A DNA stretch of 64,000 nucleotides from the NCBI GenBank assembly GCA_964035545.1, contig OZ037766.1, positions 27,821,673 through 27,885,672 on the forward strand, given 5' to 3'. The position numbers were made by a program, and so were the translations under genes. The stretch's first letter is position 1. Each line of letters opens with the position of its first letter. This document shows, piece after piece, positions 46,451 through 59,141 of the stretch. This stretch comes from Bugula neritina (taxonomy: Eukaryota; Animalia; Bryozoa). The notes beneath the pieces are model-generated. The model ran no database searches. It was not told the DNA's origin and worked only from the letters and a program-made list of their open reading frames with translations.

Positions 46451-47374
46451 TTTTATTCATTATTTAGGGTAAACTTATAATAAAGAAATTATTCAGATTT
46501 CCTTTTCACACTATTAATTATATTCATATTACTAACACAGTGTGAATTGACCCAAGTGACATAATTTATTCTAAAATTATACAAATACACTGAAATTCAA
46601 ACTCAAATTTGGTCGCCTCCTATTATTTATCACCTTTTCCAAATGAAATTACAAAAAACCAATTGAATTTTTTCCAAGTATAATGATTTATTAAAAAATT
46701 AATTATATATAAAAGCCTGCAGATAATGGCTGTTTTTAGGGTGTCTCCATTTCATGAAGTACAGCTTTACATTCCTATATATATTTAAGTCTTAGAACCT
46801 AATTTGTTTAACTGATATTGAGGGTGGGCACTGGGAGTCATTGTAAATTCATATACATAATGTCAAATTGCAGCTAATGCCATGATGACATACACCCCTG
46901 TATTACATATTCTAAAATTGACAAATGGGATAAATTTTGATAGATAATTTGCATCGACAATTATAAACATTGGGCTTTGGAGATGCAGATGTCACATGAC
47001 AAAGTTACGCAGCAACAAACCATTCATTCTATAATTCAGTGTAGAGCTGAAGCAAAGAAAGATTATAACGAGAAATTCAACAGCACCGAATATTTTCTAA
47101 ACAACATGACTTCTTAGCTGTATTGCATATAGCAGCAGTTAGAATGTTAGTACAGTATCTACATCAGACTCTATATTTTATAAAAAGCTAAATATTAACT
47201 TCATAAAGTCTAAGAATTTCAAGCACTATAATCAGAACTGTGCTTACATCTTGATTAAACCTGTTGGCTCTAAACTGTTCAAATGCTTTAATGGTTAATC
47301 ACTTTCATAGGCATTTTATAAATGTTGCACCTTTAAAGAAAAAAACATTTTAGTTTATTAAGCAATAAAAATAC

Positions 47375-47583
47375 TCTCCCAAGTTTAGAGTCGCTATCCC
47401 TGTGAGAAACCTCTAATGAAAAGGGTGTTTGTTAGAATGAGCTAAGGACTTATTAAGATGAGACATTTGAGCAATTATGACTGGATGTTCTTCCTAACAT
47501 CACCAATGGCCTTTGTCGGGGTTTGAATCCATGACTTCGAGTTCACAATGCAAACGCTCTAACAGCTAGATCACGGCTGCTCC
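47375..47583 (-). mobile_element. tRNA-derived SINE, family copy 6 (near full length)
   Basis: Minus strand: GGAGCAGCCGTGATCTAGCTGTTAGAGC head, GGATTCAAACCCC B-box, AGGCCATTGGTGATGTTAGGAAGAACATCCAGTCATAA core and TCTCACAGGGATAGCGACT tail. Confidence 0.85.
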
Positions 47584-49980
47584 TTTTAGTTTATTAAGCA
47601 ATGCTTTTGGTCAAATACACCTATATAAAAGCTTTGGATATACTGGAATTTATTCTGTTATGGAGTTGTCTCCCTATCCTATTGGTCTTGTTCTATGAAT
47701 AGCCTGGCGGCCTTAACATATTCTAGTCAAATATAATTTCAATTGAATACTCATGTCTTGCACCAATACCTTTATTTGTTGCTTTTCAATTCTGACTTTT
47801 ATTACAAAAGTTTAAAAAGCTATTGGTTTGTTTTCATATAACACGTATGACTGCAACAGTGCATTATGGGATAAATCTATTACCATTACTGATTTGCAGA
47901 ACTTTGATCCACTCAATTCATTACATTTTCTAGCTAAAATTGAACCATAATAATTATGTTGCCTTATATTTAAGTTAAAATAATAATTATGTATTCTATA
48001 TGTTTTAATTATATAGGTAATGCTGATATCATATTATAGCTTTCTGAATTGGAGCTCAAATTAAACTATGTAAAAACAAACAGCCGAGTCAAATACAGAA
48101 ATAATTTTTTGACAAGGTTTCTAATACCTAACTAAGCAACATTTAATTTAACATTAATGCTAATTTGGATACTTGTTTTTTGTTTTTATTATAATGCATA
48201 CATTTATATTAAAACACACTTTTGGTGCTATCACAATGTTTGTGATAAGATATTTGGAGTTAATATCTCTTTTTAACAACTTTTTTGTTTGTTTTCAGGA
48301 ATTATATACATCCAGGTTTTTACTTATTTAACAAAATAAAGTGTTATTTAAGATATGATAATAAGCTGTCAACTAAAAAATTGTGCTGAATAACATTCAA
48401 TGCACAGCAGCTGTTTTGAGATTTGTCACCTCTTCAGCACAAAACGGAATAGCATGACCTACACCTTCACCATAAAAGAAAGTCATGTTTTAATTTGGGC
48501 ATATTTTAAAACTGTGCAAGCTCATGCTGGAAAACCAAGCAAGTCTAGAAGCTTATAGGAAGAATATATATTGTTTAAAGGTTTCATTAAAACTAGTTTA
48601 AATGTGAAAAAGCACAATGATCAACTGACTAATTCTATAGCCATTTTCAAATGCCACAGTCACATGACATTAAAGTGGCTGCCTCATTATCTAAAACTAC
48701 AATATAAACTTTTGTAGCAAAAATAGCACAAAGACAAAATTGTTGTACAAGAAGAAGCAACTGTGGCCGGTCTACTGGTTATATATAGGGTTCTAGCCTA
48801 GCTATCTAGTATGACTCATTTATGCTTAAAATCATAACTTCAAATCCTTACAGTGTCCTTCCTGATGTCAACAAGAGTATTTAATTATATTATTTACTCC
48901 TGTGCCAAATTATTTTGTCGACATGAAAAACATGACAACTCCTAATTGCCAATCTAATCTAACTTATGAATTTCTACTGCATGGTACTTGAAAGAAATGG
49001 TAACCTGTTACTCATGATGTGAGCTTTTGCAACATGCATGCTGTTTATAACTATGACTATAATAACTATAGGATATGCATGGAATTGATGTACCCTAAGC
49101 GATTAATTCATCAAAAACAGCAAAAGTTAGAAATTGATTAAGATAATTATGTTTAGACTAATTTGTGTCAAGTAATATTTTAATGTGACTATTACACACT
49201 AAAACTACCTAAACCCTTATTGTTGGTTATCAAATTAGAACAAATCTAACTTCAACACAGAAGCAGCAATTCGATAGAATAACGAGGCTTGGTCAGTATT
49301 TTCAAAAATATAACTTTTGAGTTTCTGTTCTTCTACTCAGAGAGTTGTTTACTCTTGTGACAGATTTCTTTCAATAATGTTTATATATAGTATATATGCT
49401 TCATTTTCTTAAGATGGTTATTGAATAATTTAGACTTTTTGATGCATTGTTAGTTATTTGTATAATAGGTGTATATGTGCTTCTAATTCATATTACTTCC
49501 TAATTTGCTAAATAAGTTTGAAACATGAATATTTCACCAATTGCAAGATTTCACAAAGCAAAATGTTTGCTGCTTACGAAAATCTGCTCTAAACAACTTT
49601 ATTTTATTGTGTTTTTAAAATCACAATAAACGCTGTGAATGAGCAATAAACACTTTTTTGTAGGCATGCCAAAAGAAAGCTTTTTTTTTAAAGATAAATG
49701 GTTATTGAATAATATTTATGTGTTACAACAGTGTTAAATCAAAAAGAAATTAGCATGATAATTATAAATGGTTGAAAATTAAACAGAAAAGTAATGGTGT
49801 TTGATTTGTCCAAAAAATTATAACATATAGAAGTAGACCAACTTATAGTCTTGATAAGGCTGTACAATGCAAACTATGATATAGAATAGTTGTAAGAATT
49901 TTTCCTATTGAGAGCGAGCATTCTACTTATAATTAGCCTATTGACCTCTCCTTAGTCAGCTGTTTAGTTTATCTATTTGG

Positions 49981-52546
49981 TTATCCGGAGAGAGCGCTCA
50001 ACAGTCTGTAGATATCCTCATATTCTCTGATTAAACTAAGATGATTCTCTAGGTCTATCAGAGCTAAAACATAACATCATAATAATTTTAATATCAAAAA
50101 AATTCCAAATTGTACGAAAGCAGATAAAATCAATTTTTAAATTAGTTTATATATTGACCTAATATAAAAACAGGATAGATTCATTTTTTGACATGTCCAA
50201 TGTTGTTTTAGTAGCAAGTTAAGTTTTTCAAAATTGGAAATAAAGCAATTTCATTGTACTAAAATTTTAAACATCTCAAATATTCTTTTTATATTTTATT
50301 TCAATAGTTAACTAGAGCTTTTAGAATTTTTATAACTATCTTGCATTGCCATTTACAAATAAACATATTTTAATATGGCACTAATTGCTTGAAGAATACA
50401 GTTCTATCACCACAAACATAATTATCTCATAAAATACATATTTTTAAAATCACAGTTTGCAGCTTAATATGAAGTAACATGAAATTTTTTTGACATTTCA
50501 AATTTACTTTGTAACTAAAATTCTGTAAGTATAAACAGCGATAGATAGACCTATTAAAGAAATCCAAATTCTTTTAGTTTTTATAGAGATTTTTCTAAAA
50601 GTTTTATTATTATCATATACATAATATACACCAATACAAAGTACTTTAATATATATAGTTGCTATTTTATATTTAAATTAGTTAGTTTGGTAACTATAAA
50701 CATACTTAGACATTGATTAAAGGGAGCGAAGTACACGTATCCGTTGCAGCAGACGACATTAGCATCCGGGCACTCTGGGTCTACTTGAATATAGTTATAG
50801 TCTACATAATATTCGGTTGTAGTTCTGAAACATATGAGATAGTTCAATATTTACACATGTGGTGAAAATAGACACAATTTTTTCGTAATAACCTGAAACT
50901 TATAAAGTTCATAGTCTCAAGCTAAATGGCTTTGTGCTTGACTCATGCGTTGTAATTGGGAAAACTATTTTTTCAGAGTCAGTTTTGGTTACATATTTCG
51001 CTGAATAATTGAAACATGAGGAAAGCACAAAAGATTGACAGGTGTGCAAGTAATAAAGAAAGTTATCCAAAGAGAAATTTTATGAAAACTGGTTATTATA
51101 ATGGGAAGTTATCTACTCTTGACATTTAGACATGGTAAGACAATTACTAGTATGTGGGCCTTTATTAGTAATTATAGGAAAGAAATCTATATTGTAATTA
51201 GAGATTGAATTTTATCAACACATGACAATATTAACTTTGTTATTTAGAATTATACATATTCACCAATACATTACAAATATGATACAGCATTGCGCATGAT
51301 AAAATGATGCAATAAATAGACCAAATTTTACATATAGGAGTTGTCTTACATGACAGTGGGATATCTGGAATAACATCTGCTCATTCCATATAGTCTACAT
51401 CTGTAAGAGTGTCCCGCGTAAACAGTCCTAGTTACAGTCCTGGCCCGAACCTATGAAGAGGTTACAGCAAAACATAATTTAGTAGCTTTACAATACTGAG
51501 TCACAACCAGAATGCATAGGAATGTACTGGTTATATTATGTCATCTTATATTGTAATATGATATAATTTCTACTATCTGCATGCAGCTGCTATACTAAAC
51601 ATTATGCTACAAAGCCGGTTGCCAAACATAGTTTCATAATTGTCATGTCAACGTACACCCAAATATAGAAACATAAATATTTCCTAAATCATTCAGTGGT
51701 TTAAAAAAGACTCACTCAGTGCTATAAAACATATCAATACAATTTGCAAAAATTTGCAGATGGAATGTTATTTAAAAATTAAAGTTGATATTTTATTATT
51801 GCGTAGACAGCTTCAAATTATTCTAAACTAAAGAGTATATCAACTCACCACTTCATGTCTACGTGTTGTACCAACAGTGAGCGTCTTGTTACAGCAAAAC
51901 TGAGAGTTGTCTCGCAAGGAAATAGATCTTTTAGATATTCCATTGCCTTTCAGCATGTCCTAAAATAATGGATTGTACAAGTCTCATGATACACACAGCC
52001 ACTCAATGTTTTTGTCACTGTATAAATGACTATTTGCTATTTTTCATTCACAGCTGGTTTTTTCATGAGCAACATACATGGCATTATAAAATTATTAGTT
52101 AGCTAACCAACACTTACGCCATCGTAATCTAAAATAGATAATAATATGTTGATTATTTGTTTTTCTAATACGTCTTAGAACATATATATGTGTTTTCAAT
52201 TAACGGAATGTTATCCGTTAAATGAGGACAGAAGTAAAAATAAACCATCATAAAAGCTTATAAAGTTTTATGCTGTAGCTAGATATAGCTATTATCATAA
52301 AGTATAATATATAACAAAACATAATCAAGTTACCAGTGCTTGAACACATTCGTCAATCATGCTTTGCTTTTCATCAGCAGAAAGCAGTGACAAGGCATTT
52401 CTAGTTTCCCAACTCAGCGAAGTTCCATTATCTCCAGGCACAGCTATGCTGTCATTATAGTCTTGTGTGTGGGAAGAGTTCAGCTGTGGTAGACTTTTGA
52501 CACCCACAACAAGTACTACTAAGGTAATGGCAGCTATGATCTTCAT
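49981..52546 (-). CDS. Secreted cysteine-rich prepro-protein, paralogue A (EMI-like domain), 208 aa
   Basis: Minus-strand exons 52546-52334, 51959-51849, 51450-51350, 50824-50706, 50063-49981 (627 nt, phases 0,0,2,1). Product: MKIIAAITLVVLVVGVKS-LPQ...DECVQALDMLKGNGISKR|SISLRDNSQFCCNKTLTVGTTRRHEVVRARTVTRTVYAGHSYRCRLYGMSRCYSRYPTVITTTEYYVDYNYIQVDPECPDANVVCCNGYVYFAPFNQCLTLIDLENHLSLIREYEDIYRLLSALSG*. Exon plan is the same as paralogues B and C. Confidence 0.9.
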
Positions 52547-52858
52547 GTTTATATAATGTGAGCACAGCAAATATAAAGGGAAAATGCTCTTTGCTCCTAT
52601 AAGAAAATTCAATGCAAAATTGGTTAAAACTAAACCAGGTGAAACTAAAGGAAAATCTAAATTAGTTTAATATATCACGCAAAATTTGAAATTGCAGCAT
52701 AAGGGTTGCATGCACTGAGGTGTAGAAATTAATTATAATGACACAAAAATATTTATCAATAAAATAACTTTCTAAGTATTATAAGAATGCTGAACAATAA
52801 AAATATACTAGCTAATTTAGTTAAAATTCAAACATGTAGTGGTATAATATATACTCAC

Positions 52859-52924
52859 GAGACACCAGTTGGCACTGTGGACAAAGAGTGAAGAATTACA
52901 AAGAAAACTTCTAGTTATATACAC
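52859..52924 (-). promoter_or_regulatory. TATA box and short non-coding first exon of paralogue A
   Basis: Minus-strand TATATAA at about 52916-52922 and GTGAGT donor at 52858; the same arrangement is seen in paralogue B. Confidence 0.6.
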
Positions 52925-54065
52925 ATTTTCTGATGATTTCATGCTTGCTACCATAGTTAAACTCTAGTTGGTGAAAACAAACGGAAATATGATGTGACCT
53001 AGCAGATCAGGAACCAGGAAAAAGAAGCAGACCACGCTTTATCTCTTAGCCAGCTATAAGGCCTAATTATTCTAATTTGTTTGTCAAGAAGAATAACAGC
53101 TGGAATACATCCAACTTTCTGAAAATGAAAAGTTATACAAAGAGTCAAATCAACACGTTGATTGGTGAATTTAGTGCTGTTTTATTACTTGAGTAGGTCA
53201 CATTCGTGGTGAAGTTTTGGATGCAAAGTTGTGTTTATGATATTCATGAAATCATTTCGGTTATTACTTTTTCATTTGTTTTTATAAAAAAACATGTATC
53301 AGCAGTATTGAGAATATGTTGCCACACAAATAATGTAGTTTATAATCAACAACTGAGCTTGGACTGAAAACAACTACTGTGAATATTATTGAGAGTCATC
53401 ATTATTAACTTCAAGTCAGATGCAATCTGTGGAGTAAAATAAATTCATTACATAATTTGAATATTCACAGTCTTCATTTTAGTTTTAGTTTCAAGCAACA
53501 TTTATGATATCCAAAAGAATTATAAAGTATATGTAATATACAATATATAGTATTGAAAAGGGTTCGGTCATATGATATTATATACTATATTGTGACGCAG
53601 TCATAAGTGTAGTTTGCATGTATAGGAGTCATTGCAATGAAAAAGTTACCTTGAAAAGCTAAAAACCTGAGAATAAAAAATCCATTAGCATAATAATTTA
53701 TAATTTTAATACTGAACACTAAGTAATAACCAAATATAGCCTTTTAAATAAAAATGTGAGATTATACCAGAAACTTCATATACATGTATAATATTTTTAC
53801 TAAAATGATTTCATGCTGTCAGCTGTATGATATCTACAACTTAAAAAATGTTATGCTATAAGAAGTTGCAAGACTAAGAAGACATGAATGCTAGCTTGTC
53901 ATATTTTGCTCTAACAATGTACATATATATCATCTTTTAGTTTTTTAACTTTGTGACCTTATATAAGTTGAACAAAGCAGTTTGCATTAAATAGTAGAAG
54001 AGGTAAAGGGTAAAGGCCACGATGGGCTTAAAAGTTAGCAGCTTTTTGCCATATACACGAACACA

Positions 54066-54333
54066 TATATGTATGTGTGTGTGTGTGCGTGTGTGCGTGT
54101 GTGCGAGTGTGCGAGTGTGCGAGTGTGCGAGTGTGTGAGTGTGTGAGTGTGTGAGTGTGTGAGTGTGTGAGTGTGTGAGTGTGTGCGTGTGTGCGTGTGT
54201 GCGTGTGTGCGTGTGTGCGAGTGTGCGAGTGTGCGAGTGTGCGAGTGTGTGAGTGTGTGAGTGTGTGAGTGTGTGAGTGTGTGAGTGTGTGAGTGTGTGT
54301 GTGTGTGTGCGTGTGTGTGCGCACGGGTGTGTA
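54066..54333. repeat. Compound (GT)n / 8-bp (GAGTGTGT, GAGTGTGC, GCGTGTGT)n microsatellite between paralogues A and B
   Basis: Directly visible, with an internal higher-order duplication. Confidence 0.97.
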
Positions 54334-55504
54334 TATAATACAAATATAAAAACTAAATCACATTCAAAGTTGGTTTGTTGCATAATCCCATTTTTGTGTG
54401 CCAAGCTTGTCAGGGTAATAAAAGTTTACTAACATAACTCAAATCACATCTCTCTGATGAGTGGTGCTGAAATTATTAATATAACAAGTATTGCTACTAG
54501 TTACTTGAAAGAGGAAATGGTTACCTGTTTAGTTTTGTGTAATGTGAGCTTTTGCAAGTGCTGCCTAATAAATATAACTATAGCTACATATATGATGGAA
54601 CTCATCTCCAAAACTTATAGCATAACATAGATGTTATACCCCCATGCAGGGAGTTAGTTTATCAACGGAAACACTCTTGTAGGTTTGATTAATTATTAAA
54701 TTAATTCGTTGACTATAATTTATGTAGCATGCAGAGGATGACAAAATACATGTTAAATAATCTTGTAACATTATAGTGTTCCAAACACAGCACACCACAC
54801 TCACACTATTCACTAAAGCTACATAAAGCCCTGATGTTGCTTATCATTAAAGCAACAGACTTGGTTTCAATACAGGGGCAGCAACAGTTAATAGAATACC
54901 GAGGCTTTGTCAGCATTTTTAAAAATTATTAGTTTTCGTAAGTTGCCATTATTTTGCTCTCATAGTTGCTTTTTCTTGTGATAGAATTCTCACAACCATG
55001 TTTATGGTAGATAGATATTTTATTGTTTTATTATGGTGACTGCTATTAGTTTGGAAATCTCCCATTTATAGTTATTAATAGAGTTATGTGCTCATGGTAA
55101 TATAATTAATTTCTAAAAGCTATATATAAATTTGAGGCAAGAATATTTTGCAATTTTTAAGACTTACATGCAAAAGAGAATGTTTGCTGCCTATACAAAG
55201 GACCTCTCAAGTTTATATATTATTAGGTTTAAAAGTTACAAGAAAAGGTGTGGAAAAGCAATTAAACAATTTATTGTAAACATTTGAAAAGAAAACAGGA
55301 ACTATTTTGCTTTAAGAGGGATATTAATATCATTAAATTATTATTGAATAAACTTGAAGTAAATCTTCAGTGTGATATTTATAAATGGTTAAAAATTAGA
55401 CAGGAAATTAATAGTGTTTAATTTGCAAGAAGAATTATAACTTTGTAGTTACGATCAGCCTATAAACATGCTCTGTTTAACGCATGTTTACTTTATATTG
55501 CGAA

Positions 55505-57667
55505 TCAATAATAGCCAAGCAACCACAGATCATCTTCATACCTTCTCCTTAAATCCAGTTCATTCTCCAGCTGTATAAAGGCTAAAAAAAAGAATATATA
55601 ATATATGTGGTAGTTCAAAACTTTAAAAATGTGAAGTTAGATCAAACTATTTTTAAGTTATTTTATAATGTATATTCATGCAATAAAACAGGCGCTGTTA
55701 TAGCACAACTTTTAGCAAAATATTTATTCTCTTGACACATTTAACATTTATTTTCGTATCATTTTTTGTAAAATTAATAACGATAGATCCTACATTGCCC
55801 GGTATGTTATAAGTAAAAGTTTCAAAAAAGTTTTAATGACCTTTATCTATTTTTATTCTAACAGCTGTTTTTTATAAATTATTGTATTACTTATAATTTG
55901 ATTTTAAACTAAGTTTTAATACGTAATAGCTTAAGCTAGCAGCGTGCAAAGACGCTTATCTGGTAACAAAAAACAATTTATACAGTTTTGTTTTTAGTTT
56001 ATGATGTTGAATAAAATATACAACTTAACTAGATCTTAAAAGAAACACAGTTTATAGATGATCATATTAACATAGCCTACTTACATATGCATTGACCAGA
56101 GGGAGGGTGGTACACGTATCCACTGCAGCATACAAGATTTGCACTCGAGCACCCTAGGTATGATGTAACCTCAATATAGGTATACTCTGCATAGTACTCC
56201 GTTGTTGTCCTGAAACAGATAAAGTTGTAGTTCAGTATTTGTGAATGTGATAGAAGTGGACCCAACACAATTTTGATTTCTATTTAACAATCAAGATATT
56301 GCTATGAATGTTGCAATGATATTTTATGAATGCTAAATGTATAAAGAGCATGCAGATAATATTATAAATAGCTTTATTTGCTATTTGAAACTATAAAAAA
56401 TGTAACGGAGCATTGAAAATTTTGTAATATTGTACATGATAAGATGGTGCGAGAAATAGACTGCAATATATTCAGGAATTGTCTTACACCACACTAGAGG
56501 ATCTAGAATGACATCTGCGTATTCCGAACAAGCCACATCTATAGGAGCGGCTACTGTAAACAGTCCTAGTTATTGTTTTAGCCCGAACCTGTAAAGAAGT
56601 AACAGCAAACAATAATAAAAATAATAATATTAATGAGGTGCAACTAAAATCATATTATAGTTTATTGGTTATATACAATCTTGTAATACACTATGATTAA
56701 GTGTTAGACGCAGCTTACATGCAGCTGCTACTTATATGCTAGAAAATTATTTCATCTGCTAAAAATAACTGCATCATTTTTATGTCAAGTTACGCCAAAT
56801 ATAGAAAAATAAATAATACATTAATCATTCCACACTTTCAAAATCAAGCTCACTAGTAATTATACCAATACAAAAGATGTTGATGCAATTTTATTTAAAA
56901 TGTTTAAGGACAGTTTTTATATCATAAACATGCAGACTCAAAATATTTATTTATTTGTAAATTAAGAAAATCAGTGAGCCTATAATATATTGGTTAGCAT
57001 ACTGCACTACAAAATTTATTTAGCTGAAAAGTATATTAACTCACCACCCTCCGTCTGCGTGTTGTACTAACAGTGTAGGTTCTGTCACAGCAGAAATTGT
57101 TTCCCCAATAAATGGACCTTTTAGATATTCCGTTCCCTTTCAACTTGTCCTAAAATAATGGAATTATATGCAGGGAAAAAGATACAAACAGACGTAGATA
57201 GCTATCAGTTATGTTTAATTTACAGGTAACTTAGTCAAATTGATTTTTAGATAAAATTTATGCCAAAAATGCAAAAAGAGGGATCATAGCAAAACGTAAC
57301 TTCATGTATTTATTTTAAAATGCTTGGAACTTGCGCAAATTTGTCGAAATAATTAGAAATAGTTAAATAATTTTGTACTGTAACATGACCAACTCAATGC
57401 AGAGTTATCCATTATTATAAAGTAATATTACATAAGAAAACAAAATCAAAATACCAGTGCACGGAGACACTCATCAATCATGCTTTGCTTTTCATCAGCA
57501 GAAAGCAGTGACAAGGCATTTTCAGTTTCCGAACTCAGCAAAGTTTCATTATCTCCAGGCACAGCTATGCTCTCATTATAGTCTTGTGTGTGGGGAAAGT
57601 CTAGCTGCGGTAGACTTTTGACACCCACAACAAGTACTACTAAGGTAATGGCAGCTATGATCTTCAT
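55505..57667 (-). CDS. Secreted cysteine-rich prepro-protein, paralogue B (EMI-like domain), 206 aa
   Basis: Minus-strand exons 57667-57455, 57149-57045, 56588-56488, 56209-56085, 55581-55505 (621 nt). Mature part after ISKR|: SIYWGNNFCCDRTYTVSTTRRRRVVRAKTITRTVYSSRSYRCGLFGIRRCHSRSSSVVTTTEYYAEYTYIEVTSYLGCSSANLVCCSGYVYHPPSGQCISFIQLENELDLRRRYEDDLWLLGYY*. Confidence 0.9.
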
Positions 57668-58027
57668 GTTTATATAATGTGAGCACAGCAAATATAATCA
57701 GGAAATGCTGTTTGTTCCTCCTGAAATGGCAAAAATAACTGGTTTATTTCACTAAAAAATTCAAACTAAAAATATTTGAATTAATCAAATATAATGAATG
57801 CAATTTGAAATTGTAGTATAAATGCTACACTGAGTTGCATGGACTACTAAATTTTAAGGACACAAAAACTATATCTACCCATACCTAATATTTTTTTATT
57901 ACTATAACAAAGTAAAAAAATAAAATAACATAATTAATACAAAATTCAAACTTGAAATGTTACAAATATGATTTTCAATGAAAAAAGAATTGCAACTTGA
58001 AGAGGAAAGTTGCAGTGTTACACTTAC

Positions 58028-58091
58028 CAGACACTGTTAGGCAATGCTGCCGAGTAATAATGAATTAACAAAGGAGCTGCTTTTTATATAC
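58028..58091 (-). promoter_or_regulatory. TATA box and short non-coding first exon of paralogue B
   Basis: Minus-strand TATATAAAAA at 58081-58090 and GTAAGT donor at 58027; positionally equivalent to paralogue A. Confidence 0.6.
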
Positions 58092-58749
58092 ATGGTTTTC
58101 TGATAATATTATACACGTGACTATTTACTGGTATTTAAAGTCTGAACTCTAGATGATTAGCAATGAGACAGAACTCTTAGCATGGTTGACTGCCAGCAAC
58201 AGGAAAAGTGGTGTTGGCAGACACTTTATCTGTCACCCAGTTAATGCACCCAGTTAATGCCTAATTACTTTGTTTTGTTTCCAAAAAGGATACAACTGGG
58301 GTCAAATCAATCTTCTGAAAAATCGCATATAATGAGCCATATAACAGCAGTTTTATTTTCCCAGATGGGTCACAATTGTGGTTAGTTTTATGTGCAAGAT
58401 CAGATTACATTTGTGATATTCATAATACGATTTACAGTTATTGCTGTCATATCTTTTTGATAAATAAATATGAAAAGTGTAGAAAATGTGTATACTACAA
58501 TAAATAACCAAATCCACATCTATATCTGTGCTATAATATGTGATTGAGATTCTTTTATACCCAATTTATAATTAGATGTTGTAGCCTGTTAGCTGGTACT
58601 ACCTGTAACCTAATCACACAGATATAGATCATGAAAATCTTAGAAATTGACTACTATATGAAATACTAAGGAATACTAACTATATGCTATAAGCTAAATT
58701 GCTTTTCTAGGAGATATTTAAATTGATAGTTTAGTGGAATTTCTAGAAA

Positions 58750-58784
<35 letters not shown>

Positions 58785-58788
<4 letters not shown>

Positions 58789-59017
58789 TGATTGAGCACT
58801 CTCACCATGGTCACAAACTCAAGCTGCTAGCATTTTGCAATGCTCGTGACTCCTAGGTGACCCCTAGAGTCACTTGAGCACTCTGGCTTGAGTTTACACA
58901 CCTTTTAAATATGCTTTAGTAAAACTATAAGTTTTACTATTGCGAAGGTGTGGGCCATGGTACTCTGTTCTGTGCTGATGAGGGGACAAATCCCGAAACA
59001 GCTGCTGTCCACAGATT

Positions 59018-59020
<3 letters not shown>
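58785..59020 (+). mobile_element. Hammerhead-containing non-coding element in a (TA)n tract (Penelope-like pLTR / retrozyme-like), copy 1
   Basis: Flanked by (TA)n on both sides; its 3' 140 bp recur at 60589-60729; it ends in a type I hammerhead. Confidence 0.75.
58963..59020 (+). ncRNA. Type I hammerhead ribozyme, intact core
   Basis: Stem I TCTGTG(58969-74)/CACAGA(59010-15), extended past an internal loop by CTC/GAG. CTGATGA at 58975-81, stem II GGGG-ACAAA-TCCC, GAAA at 58995-98, stem III ACAG-CTG-CTGT, and a GTC triplet with cleavage predicted after 59009. Confidence 0.88.
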
Positions 59021-59088
<68 letters not shown>

Positions 59089-59141
59089 CACACACACGCA
59101 CACGCACACGCACACGCGCACGCGCACACACACACACACAC
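59021..59141. repeat. (TA)n followed by (CA/CG)n microsatellite
   Basis: Directly visible. Confidence 0.97.

Noticed and set aside
54450-54485. CTGATGA-N8-GAAA spacing
   Set aside because: No stem II or stem I pairing; chance match.
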